The position numbers and the translations under genes were made by a program. A DNA stretch of 63,502 nt, counting the filler, from Pelomyxa schiedti (lineage: Eukaryota; Protista; Evosea): assembly GCA_020536535.1 (NCBI GenBank). It is 8 parts of 8 records of this genome, joined end to end, with 100 filler letters (N's around TTAATTAATTAA, not from the genome) between each part and the next. Parts side by side here need not be neighbours in the genome. Positions count along the whole stretch, not along the records: positions 1 to 19,565 come from JAHLWZ010001106.1; 7 more parts are not named here. The stretch is one strand, 5' to 3'. Below, piece after piece: positions 1 to 10,493 of this stretch. Within the stretch, counting starts at the first letter, position 1, and each line of letters starts with the position of its first letter. The notes under the pieces are model-generated. The model had not been told where the DNA came from and searched no databases. It saw nothing but the letters and a program-made list of their open reading frames with translations.

Positions 1-1307
1 AAACCACTGAGTGAGAAGTGATCCTTGAGCCACTGGCACACTTCGATGATTTCATCCGCTGTTGAAGGTCCCTGGAACAACCCAGCTGAGAGAGCGAGAT
101 TTTTCGCATTGAAACAGGGGTGCCACTCTGGAAAGCTTTCAACAAAGCGCTTCAGGTCATGAACGCTGTCACTTGCTTTGAAATACTCTGCTGCACGGTC
201 GCTCTCAAGAAAGTGGATCAAATCGAATGTGCGAACCAGCCACTTGAGCAGGTCCAGGTGTCCGCTTCGTGATGCTTCATGCACCAATGGAATCAGTATT
301 ATCTTATTGCCTTGCCAGATTTGGAAGAAGCTCGATAGGATCCACTTCAGAACATCCAAATGGCCCTTTACACAAACTTCCCTCATGATTTTAAACACAC
401 CCCTCTCACTCCAAAATTCCTCAGCCAGGACCGGTTCGTTTTCCCTGATGGCCGCATGATTCCAGTTCAGCAGTGATGGAACCTTGGTAGCAGAGTAAGT
501 TGAAGAAACTCAACTGTGAATGTACCGATGTGTTGGGTATAAGACAATGAAACTCATTAATTAGTTAATATATGAACGAACAGCACACACCACGGTACCT
601 GCCTGGGGCTCCATTCTGGTTCCACTGCCCACACCTCCCCGCGACGGCGATGACGATGGCCACAGCAGCAGCACCTTGTTGTTGGTCGCCCGCCCCTCCA
701 CCTCCACATCCACATCCACATCCACGCCGACGTCCACCCAGCACTCACAATTGTTGGTTCCCACGAACGCCCTGGCGGCACGCAGGTGGCCCCCGCGGCA
801 CAGCCCTGTCAGCACAGCCACCTGCTCCTTCGCCCGCCCCCGCTCCCGCTCCGGCTCCCTGCCCCGGTCCCTTTCCCCCTCCCCCTCCTCTGGGTCCCTG
901 CTCATCTCTCGCTCGGTGTCGCCCCGCGCGCTCGCCCTCTTCTTTGCTTTGTCCCTCACGATCCACGCGATGCACTTGGGGCACAGTGCCGCGGCGGCGT
1001 CCTCGATCGAGCGGTAGTGTGCGCTCGGCTCGCGGTGCTTGTGGTGCGTGGGGGCCGCGGCGCGGCAGCACAGGGCCACGAGGGGGAACAGGGCCTCCCC
1101 CGCGCGCAGCAGGCACGACACCACGTCGGGGGCCAGGGGTTGGTTCCAGGGGAGGGCGGCGCGTGCGGGGGCCAGCACCCACGGCACCAGCACCTGCTCC
1201 CACACCACTCGCGACACACCCACAATCCGCCGTTTCTCGGATTCTTGGTTTCGAACTTGATTGGTGGTTGTTGTGTTGGCGCCGGTGGTTGTTGCTGGCG
1301 ATGCCAT
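1..1307 (-). CDS. Lineage-specific hypothetical protein with degenerate ankyrin-like helical repeats (3'-partial, spliced)
   Basis: ATG at 1307 (MASPATT...). ORF 561..1328, then a probable intron (~513-597) into an exon reading FWSERGVFKIMREVCVKGHLDVLKWILSSFF...LVHEASRSGHLDLLKWLVRTF with repeated GHLxxxKW motifs. Close paralog at 60938-61990. Confidence 0.65.
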
Positions 1308-1387
1308 GTCGGTACCCAAATCAAACAAACAAAGCTAAATTTCGAGAAGAAACGAAATTGAAATTCGGACTTGAAAGCTTTGTTCGT

Positions 1388-2674
1388 TTAGGAGCTGGGT
1401 GCTGCGCCAAGTGAACGGAAAAGTCCATCAAATAGGGAGGCCATTCCTCCAGAGGATGTGTTGCTGGTGGGTTGGACACCAAAGTACTGCTTGCCAATGC
1501 TTTCAATTAGCTATTTGTGTGCATTAGGAGGGAAGTCTCATTTTGGGAAGTTCCTTACCAGAGGGAAGACAGGATCGCGAGAAATGGACTTAGAGTAGGA
1601 CTGGTTCAGTGCTAAGAAAATCCGCTTGGAACTGGGTGATTGCGGTGCAAAGTGGCAAGCACAGGTGATGAACCAGGTAAAATGTGTGAGAGGGGTTGTA
1701 TGTTCGAAGTGTGGGAAAGGCTTAGCGGCGATTTCTGGTGTGATAGAAGCCGGTGTACAATTATGATAAAGGTAAAACACAGTACAAGCCTCAAGTGGTT
1801 TGGAAACACCTAGAAGTCTGGGCGGATATTATTGAAAGCTAATAGAAATGGTGCACTCACAAAAATACAGCCCGAGCGAGGAGCATGTCACGCTCTCCTT
1901 CGAGAACTGTGGTAGCCCACTGTTGTAGCATCTCGGTAAATTCTGCAGGGGCGGCACTGTGAATAAAGTGGTTCTGAATAACATGAGTCTCCAATATTAG
2001 TTTCATACACACCTGTGCCACCGCATAGTTTTGTGCAGCTTTCTCCAATCTTGCAAGGACTCCATGGAACCCGCAATAGCCGTATTTATAATCGGCAGAA
2101 GAACTAGACCATTTGAGGGCAGTCTTCAGTAAAATTCTCGCAGCTTCTATATGCTCTACTTTATACTGTAGTGATACTTGAATGATTGCGTCTGAAATAA
2201 ATTAGAAAGGCAACTGTATGCAACACTCCGCACCGAGTGTATTCTGCGTTGGAGCTTCCTTTGCCGTAATTAGACTGTTGATAAATAAGTTTCCCAATTC
2301 AGTAGCCGTGTTGTGCTGCCCGCTTGTAGCAAACAACAAAGCGGCAGACAAAAGAATGTCCCTTGCCACCGGCTTCTTTCTCAACATGCACCTATTCATA
2401 ATAAAAGAGATTTGCAAAAAAAGGGATTTGGGAGGGGGGGAAAAAAGAGCAACAACAACAGCAACAACAAATCAAAAGAAATTGGAGTAACAGCCAGGTC
2501 ATACCTTGACGCGACGGCCTTGATTACCTGGGATGCCTCGTACCAGTCCCTCCGCCCCAGCGCCGCCTCCAGCCCCGCCCCCTGCGTGCTGGACACCCCG
2601 CGGCACTTGCCCACCACCGCCCGCCCCAGCTCCCCAATGTCCTGCACCTCCGCCGCTGCTGTGTCCATCATCAT
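1388..2674 (-). CDS. GET4: Golgi-to-ER traffic protein 4 (GET4/TRC35) homolog, multi-exon
   Basis: Spliced exons give RDWYEASQVIKAVASRY, ILLSAALLFATSGQHNTATELG, HFIHSAAPAEFTEML...ERDMLLARAV, YSKSISRDPVF and a C-terminus LIESIGKQYFGVQPTSNTSSGGMASLFDGLFRSLG, matching recalled GET4 motifs. Stop at 1388-1390. Confidence 0.8.
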
Positions 2675-3025
2675 CCTAGTCCTTCTGTGTATTTGTTGTG
2701 ACTGAGGTTGGGAGCTGGAAACAGTAGCCCGGGAAACGAGCGTGTAGTGTAGACCAACAGAAAAGTGGGAAGAATACTTGGGAGAATACAATACAGTGTA
2801 GGCCCAAGGTTTTCAGTTTTCCTCTAAATTTCGCACCATCATTTTCTTGTAGATTTCCGTGAGTCACATCGAACTCGTTTTGCCACGTGGTGCGTTCTAA
2901 CCCGCGACAAAAAGAGCAACACCCACAATAGCTCTAACAACTACTAGAAACGAAATATACATTACCACGCCGGGGTTCACGTGAACGAAGCACAGGCATA
3001 CGTACGAACTACTCGCGGTCAAACT
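2675..3025. promoter_or_regulatory. Compact bidirectional promoter (GET4 / HYOU1) with bZIP/E-box-type palindromes
   Basis: Head-to-head starts ~350 bp apart. TGAGTCA at 2860-2866, TGCCACGTGG at 2881-2890, GTTCACGTGAAC at 2975-2986. Confidence 0.45.
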
Positions 3026-6000
3026 ATGGGAGCATCATCATCATCATCAACATCACCTCGCAGTACTAGCCTCCTCGTGAGCGCACTGGCGTGCCTCGCC
3101 GCAGTTGCAGTGGTGACGTCGCCGTCATTCGGAGGGGGGACGGTGCGAGGGGCCGGGGCGCTGGGCGGGGGGCTCGTCGGGATCGACGTCGGGTCGCGGT
3201 GGACGGTGCAGGCGATGCTGGTGGGCGGGGGGATGGAGGTCGTGTCCAACGAGAACGCTGACAGGAAGTCCCCGACCCTCGTGGCGTTCCCGGCCACGCA
3301 AGTTATGGGATTGGATAATGAGCCCCCGAGGTTCTTTTGTGCTGCTGCTGAAAAAATGGTGCGTGTGTGTGCTATATGAGGAAGTGATTTTTTTTTTTTC
3401 TCTCTCTAATTGTTACTTGGTAGTTGCGAAAGGACCCTAGACATGCAGCTATTTATGCCACAAAATTATTGGGAAAGAGGTTTGGGCATCCTGAGATATT
3501 GGAGGTTTGCTTTATGCTCATGATATAGGGGAAGGCCTAACGAATTTTTTTTTTTCCCCCCCAGGCAAAAGATTTCATTCCCTATGCCCTGGAAGAGGAC
3601 CCAGAGAGAGGGACGTACTTGGTAAGATTTGATAAGGATACACTTTTATCTCCCGAAGAGGTAAGAACTCCACACAAAAGGCATCCTCTGACGTGGTGCA
3701 GATTGTAGCAATGGAGCTACTGCACGTAAAGCGGCATGCTGAGGTGGAGCACGGAATCACAATAACTGACTGTGTTCTCACAGTTGACCCATGAACTTTT
3801 TTTTTTTTTTTTTTTTACTTTTCTTCAGGTAGACCCTTATGCAACCATTCACGAAAGGCAAGCGCTGATTGATGCAGCTAAGTTGGCTGGCTTGAATGTA
3901 CTGGAGCTTATCAATGCACCTACTGCATGTGTGTCATATTGTTGTCATACCAGTGCATTAACTTAATCCACCAGTTGCTCTTTCCTATGGTGTTGAGCGA
4001 TCCTTCGAAAAACCAGAGTTGGCCCTAATATTGGATATGGGGGCTAGCTCTTACAGAGTCACCGTTGTGGATTTTAATTTCACCAAACAAGATTCAAAAT
4101 CAATTGGTATAAGGGAAACAAGTGAATCCGACTGAAATTGAAATTTAGGTCAAATGACTATAAAGTCCCATGCGTGGGATGTGTCCTTGGGTGGGAGAAA
4201 TTTTGATCACTGTCTTGCTGTAAAAATAGCTGGTAACTATTCCCCGTTTTTACTGTCCAATAGCTAATGCTGGGCTAGAGAAGATAAATTCCCAAGGCCA
4301 TAAGGTATTTCTGTTATTTAATTTAGTGTGTGACTCATATTTACAGATCGACTTCAATGATGTTCACACGCGAACCCAGTTACTCATGGAAGCTTCAAAA
4401 GTGAAAGAGAGTTTATCTATTAATACTTTGGCATTTTTGCATGTATTCACTGAAGGATATAGAGATTGTTACTCTAAACTCAAGTAGGTGGATAACTTTC
4501 TGAATAAATTCGACCTTCATCTTGGTATTTCACGTGAAGAATTTGAAGCTGCCTGTTCAGTATGATCTTGAGTTGTCCTCACTAATATTCTTATTACATT
4601 CCAATAGCCTCTCTTTGAAAGATTGACGCAACCAATCCAGCAAAGTCTTGCAATTGCAAATGTTTCCATGGTCACGACATCCCGTCATGGGCATCAAAAT
4701 TAAACTTTTTACTAGGCGGAGTTTGATCTTGTCGAAATTGTGGGAGGGAGTACAAGAATACCAAAGGTACAGGAAGTACTTACCAACTTTGCTGGGAAAG
4801 GTGAACTTCACAAACACATCATTGCTGATGAGGGTGCTGCCTTTGGTATCATCGTTCAAATTTTTTTTTTGTCTCAGAGGCAATAAAGGCTCTGCATATT
4901 TTGCCGCAATGCAGAGTTCTTCAAGAAGACTTCGTGAATATAAAGTTAGGGACATCACACCCTATCCAATCACGATCACTTTGGGAGGTATACTCTCTTC
5001 CATATTTTCTTCCTTTTCTAAAAACCTGTCAGACCAGCACACCGTATTATTTTCCAATGGGACCAGAGTAAATGCCAGAAAGACCTTCTCTATCAGTACA
5101 GATCGGGAGTTCACCACTGAAATCTCCTACGACGCATCATTCCCACAACTGAGGGAACGGACATCATGGTTTTCACTTTTTATTCAAAAATCTCCTTAAC
5201 CTTTAATAGTAAGCAAATTGCTAAGTACACAATAAGTGGATTACCCAGTAAAGAAAACTTGAACTTTACTGGTCAGTTTTCATTTGCATCACTTTATTAG
5301 TTTTGTTAAAATGGCACAGGGCTTCCAAAAGCAACCCTACACTGGCGGCTCCTTCCATCAGGGCTGGTAATCAACGCACAAACTTAAATAAAAAAGTAAC
5401 ACAATTAGGTAGAACTTACGGCGGAAGCAGAAGTTACTGTAATTTCTCTTGTTGAAGTACCACCACCAAAGCCTAAGGCAGCAGGTAATATCGTTGTCCT
5501 ACTACTGACATAAAATCAACGACATCCTAGAGCCAGTAAATGCAACTGAGACGGAAAAGAAGGCCGATGAGGAAAATATAGAGAAAAAGGAAGAACAACC
5601 TGAAGTAAAACAGATCTGTTGCACATTGTAATTTCACTGTTTTCAGGTTAAACCTGAGGAGCCGGCCACCCCTCAATTCCGAGAAAGCAAGCGTATTCAC
5701 AGGCAGACACTGCAGATCAAGGTATAGTGTTTGTTCCTTGTTGTACTCAGCCGCACAAAGCGAGAATATCAATGTGTTCCTGACATTCCTGAAGCTTCAT
5801 TGACCTCCTACAAAGCCAGGTTCGTTCTCTATTTATCCATAATACGTTGCTAAGTCTTTCATAGGCTTGCCGAGTACGAGCGAAAGGAGAAAAAACTTGC
5901 CGATGATGCAGAGGCAAGAAACGCACTCGAAACGCACATCTACTACATGAGAGACTTTATTGAATCCCACAGTAGTACCCTAGAAATCGTGAGCACTCCA

Positions 6001-6732
6001 ACTGAAATAAGCAAGATTCAGCAATCATTAACTGACGCGATGTTATGGCTAGATGATGAAGGTAACCTCTTTTATCTCCAACCAAGGACCAAGTACTAAA
6101 CCACATTAAGGTTATGTTGCACCCGCAGCGGAAAGCAAAAAGAAGCTCACTGAGCTCAAAGACCAGTCCGCCGGCATAGAACTCCGCACAAGAGAGTATT
6201 CCGTCAGGCCGTATGCATCGTCGGCCCTCCGAGTTGTCATTCAACAGTCTCGGGAGCTCCTTGCAAACTTGACACTGAAAGTAGAGCTTTCCCAAGAGGA
6301 CCAGGCGGCAGCCTTTGAATTTGTTGACAATGTATGTACATATTCGATCCTTTCAAGCCGGAAACTAACACTAAACAAGATCGAGAAGTGGTTGAATGAA
6401 TCTGAGGCCAAACAAGAGAAGCTGAACCCAACAGATGATCCCGGTACCAAAAACTCTCCTTTATTTGGTAGCAAACTAACCTTTGGTATTTAGCCTACAC
6501 CTCCCTGGATATAGAAGATAAGCTCACTAGCCTAGAGAAGAAGCTCAAGTGGGTGGCCACTAGGCCAGCACTGAAACCAAAGAAGCCAACACCCCCTCCC
6601 AAGGAAGAAGAACAAACAGTCAATCCCAACACAGCAGGCTCAACAACACCAAACCCCCAGGAAGAACCACAACAACAAGCAACATCACAGCAACCAGAAG
6701 GCCAACAAGAAGCAACAAAGTCAGAACTCTAA
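3026..6732 (+). CDS. HYOU1: ER-lumenal Hsp70-superfamily chaperone HYOU1/GRP170/Lhs1, many short introns
   Basis: Signal-peptide-like N-terminus. Motifs LVGIDVGS, NENADRKSPTLVAF, ERQALIDAAKLAGLNVLELINAPTA, DMGASS, DVSLGGRNFD, VRDITPYPI, ARNALETHIY. C-terminal KSEL then stop (6730-6732). Confidence 0.88.
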
Positions 6733-6788
6733 GATTATAAAAAAATTAAAATTTTTGTTTTTTTATAATTTCCCCTGTTTCATTCGGT

Positions 6789-8467
6789 TTACATCCAGTA
6801 CACAAGCTTCTCCCATGCATTTGATTTGTTGATGCGGGTTGTGCCGGAGCGATACCCCCCGATTCCATGCAAGTGCCAGCTAAGCCTGGTCCAGCCTGTA
6901 GTTTTATCTACTAGGTCCGCCTGCTTCAACTTGATTGTGCTGCTTGGTGCAAAGCCAAAGGCGGAATTCTCCACAAAGTACCAGTATATTCCCCTGTGTA
7001 ACGTGGCTGTATCGTGCGATGTTGTCCTTGTGCACACTGCGGACCTCTTCCCAATTGCACACAGTGATAGAACATCTTCCCCAATCTGTTTTGTTTTCAT
7101 GAGTGAGTGCAGTTGGGATTTTGATATTAAGTAAACTAACTAGGAACTACCTTTTGGGAAGCCACTAGGATCCATTCACCCTTGCCAGGGTCGATGTCAG
7201 AGGGCTGTGTGGGGTGTGAGTAGGGCTGCCTGTAGTGCATGTTCCAGCCTTTTAGTGCTGTTTGAGGTACATTCATCATGATGCCCTCAGGTGGGTCCAC
7301 CTGCTTGAGAGTCTGTGAGAACTCCAAGACGGAAACTTTTCCGGTTAGTGCCAGAGCCAGCTTGTTGTACTTTTCTTCTAATTTATGCAAGGTGTCCTTT
7401 GTGTGCTGGTTTTCTGCGATGATTGTAGTAATCTGGTTTTGCAGTGCGGTATTCTTCTCAGAAAGTGCCTTCATTGCCGCCGCAACTGTGTATTCAACCA
7501 AGGGAGTCACTTTCACAATAGTGCATGATGCTAGGTGGCCCTGCTGCTCACTCCTTGGTCCCTCCCACGGGCAATACTGTGATGAACACTTCACCATGGC
7601 ACAAGTGCAAGTTGTATTGTGATCTTGCTGGTCTCTTGGCTTTACTTTTTTTCCGCATCCATTTTTACAATCTTTTTTTAGGATTGTGAGAAGCGTAATT
7701 GGATTATATAATAATCACGAAAAAGGGGGAGAACTTTAGGTGAGCATTTAATTAAATAGTACCTGTTGGGCAATCCAAAGCTAAATGAGAACCATTGCTT
7801 ATAAGCTTCCTCTGAACAAGCTCATTGCAGGCCTTACAAGTAACAAGCGCATTGAGGCACTCCTCGTTTTCATGAATCGTTTGGTTTTGCGGTGGCACTT
7901 TCAAGCCACAACCCCTTGGGCAATCAGGAAGCAGCACACCAACTGTACAAGTCTGAATGTGGTCGTCCAGGGAGTCCCTCTTAACAGCGGTTTTGCACAC
8001 AGGGCAGAAAACCTCAATTGTTGACAGCTTTGCCAGCACGCTCTTTGCCGTGAGCGGCTTTGTGTTGCCTTCGATTTTCTCGTCACACACTGAGCACCTG
8101 CTCTCTCCACACTATTCACACCAACATTAGTTGACTTTTTTTTTTGGCAGGCACACACAGCGTGGACACAGAAGCAGGAAACTTGTTATTGTGGGTGCGG
8201 TGTGGGGGTGTGGGGTGGTGGGGTGGCGGGGGTGGAACATCAGCCTACATTGGAAGCACAAGCCAGGCAGAAGCAGGCAGCGCAGTCGTGCAGCACCGGG
8301 GCGTTGGCGGGGCGCCCGCACCCCGCGCACATGTACCGCACGTCGCACTGGCACCCCCCCGCGTCCACGTACTCGTACTCGCTCCCGCGCCGCGCAGCCG
8401 CGGGGGGCTTCCGCCTGCCCACGCCCACGACCTCGCCCTCCCCGGCCCCCGTCGTCACCCCTGCCAT
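6789..8467 (-). CDS. RING + TRAF-type zinc fingers + coiled coil + uncharacterised (non-MATH) C-terminal domain
   Basis: CAGCGRPANAPVLHDCAACFCLAC (RING-like); CPVC...DHIQTC, CPRGC...HENEEC, CKAC...HLALDCP, CSSQYCPWEGPRSEQQGHLASC (TRAF-type); coiled coil; C-terminal YWYF...FGFAP...RLSWHL..GGYRSG domain. Confidence 0.75.
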
Positions 8468-8546
8468 CGGCCTTTTTCGAGGAAAAGAGTAAAAGGGCTT
8501 TCAAATTAATCAGAGGACGGTGCTGTGGACAGACTAGGTACTGGTG

Positions 8547-10240
8547 TCAGGGGTGGTGGTGGGTGATGTATGTGGAGTAGGGGAGTGGTTGTGGCCTGCG
8601 TGGTGGTAGCGGCTGCTCAGCGGGTGACTGCCTGCTGCTGCTGCTGATGCCAAGTGTTGGTAATAAGTTGGGTGCTGCTTGTGCTGCTGAAGGAACAGCG
8701 GTCATCACCACTGTCCCATTGTGTTGTTGCGGTTGCAGCTGCAGTGATTCTTTTGTTGTGGTGGTGGGGGTGATTGTGTTAGTGGTGGTGGGTGGGTGGC
8801 TAGGTGACTGCGGTTGTGGTTGCGGTTGTGGTTGTGGTTGTGGTTGTGGCTGTGGTTGTGGTTGCAGTTGCAGTGGATATTGGCGGGTAGTATCACCAGG
8901 CCTGGATGGGGTGTGTGGCGGCTGCGGCTGCGGTTGCTGTGCCGATGTATGTGCCAGTGCCGGTTCCGGTGCCGGTGTTATGGGTGTTATAGGTGTTAGT
9001 GTGTGACTCTGGTACCTGGCCGGGGCTTGCGACAGTAGCTGTATTTTAAGGGGTGTTTTTGGAGTGGTTGTAGATGTATGCATGCTGTTCGTTTGTTGTT
9101 GGTGTTGTGCGGATTGGCTTGGATGTAGTGGTTCTTGTTGGTGTTGGCTCTGGTAGTTTGGCTGGGCTGGTTCCTGTGTCCGTGGGAGCAGGACATCGTC
9201 GTCTGCTTTGAGCCGCGTTTCCTGGGGTGGAGGTGGAGGCGGAGGTTGTGCCGGGGTGCGATACAGGTGTGAGGCTTTATGAAGGTTCCACACTACTGTG
9301 CTCTCCAAGTTTAGGCTGCAGTGGGGGCACTTGTGCGCCCCTGTAGAGAAGCAAGATGGAACTGTCTCTGCGGTGGCCGGTGGTTCATCGTACTTGCTCT
9401 GCCTTTGCCGCAATGCTTCTTCATTGGTTATCCTGATCCTTGGGTCAGCATCTACTCTGAGTCTCTTGATTGTCCTCACTTCCAACTCAGAACCTGGCAG
9501 TGGCTTTTGCGTTTCAGTTGTGCTGTCAGAGAGCTGACTCACTATCTGAGAACAGTCACGTGCCAGTTCGTTAAAACGTGGAGTAGATAGACCTTGACAG
9601 TGGCACCCTCAAAAGAAGATTGAATTGATTCTTGCAGTGTGACAACATTTTCATTTGGAATCCATGCGTATAGAAGGTGGTCATCGCCGTGGGCAGGGAC
9701 TTCGTCCTCATTGCACACTTCTGGGCGGTTCACAGGCTTTCCAGAGGAGTCTTTAATGAACTCAAGTGCGTCAGCAATGTGAGTCACCCTTTTTAGGTGT
9801 TAATTGTAGAATTGTGTAGTGGTTATATCTAACGATACATATAATTGTTGTGGGGAGGGTATTGGAGGGAGTAAAGCTTTACTTCAGCGATATTATTACA
9901 TATGATCCGCCAGGTGGGGGAGGTATCTTGTGAACGGAGGGACTTTCATGGTGCCTACTCGTTGGTGAATTTCCGCGCGCATGACCGGTACTAGCCGCGT
10001 GAGTGTCGCTGTGTGCGTTAGAATGCCCGCCCATAGTAGTTGGTGAAAACTGTGAATCAAGATATCCTGTAGGCCACATTGTAACGTCACACATTGTATC
10101 ACCGGCAGTGTAATATATAACGCACCGCCGAGACAAGCACAACAAAAACACACAAATAGAGCGCATCGGAGGGTACCGTGATTGTACGACGACGCGAAGT
10201 ATCGCTTTGGTAATCCCGGTCCCCCCGTGTCTCTGCTCAT
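8547..10240 (-). CDS. C2H2 zinc-finger protein with Q/P-rich low-complexity C-terminus (multi-exon)
   Basis: KCPHCSLNLESTVVWNLHKASH is C-x2-C-x12-H-x3-H in ORF 8547..9542. Upstream exons 9542..9787 and ~9900-10070; probable ATG at 10240. Confidence 0.6.
8810..8872. repeat. (GGTTGY)n hexamer microsatellite encoding poly-(QP)
   Basis: ggttgtggttgcggttgtggttgt... run inside the C2H2 gene. Confidence 0.85.
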
Positions 10241-10493
10241 CTTCCCCAAGTGTTTTTTTTTAGGTTTGAAGGCTGAGCTGAAGGCGCAAACTCCCCCTAT
10301 AAATTACTGGCGGGGCAATCGATTGATGACACCGGCGTACGAGGCAGCAGGGAACCATCTGTGGTACTTCCTTCTTAATACGGCCCGCCACCCCACAGAT
10401 TAGATCTTCTGCTAACATCTGTTTCGGTGAGGAAAAGTTCAAACGGTGTCACAAACAAGCAGGCCCCAGCGTACTATAGTATAGTGCAGTAGC

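Noticed and set aside
572-1414. Multiple long overlapping ORFs in GC-rich stretches (also 31200-33460, 42950-43620, 60880-61760)
   Set aside because: These are stop-poor shadow frames of GC-rich exons with no independent motifs.
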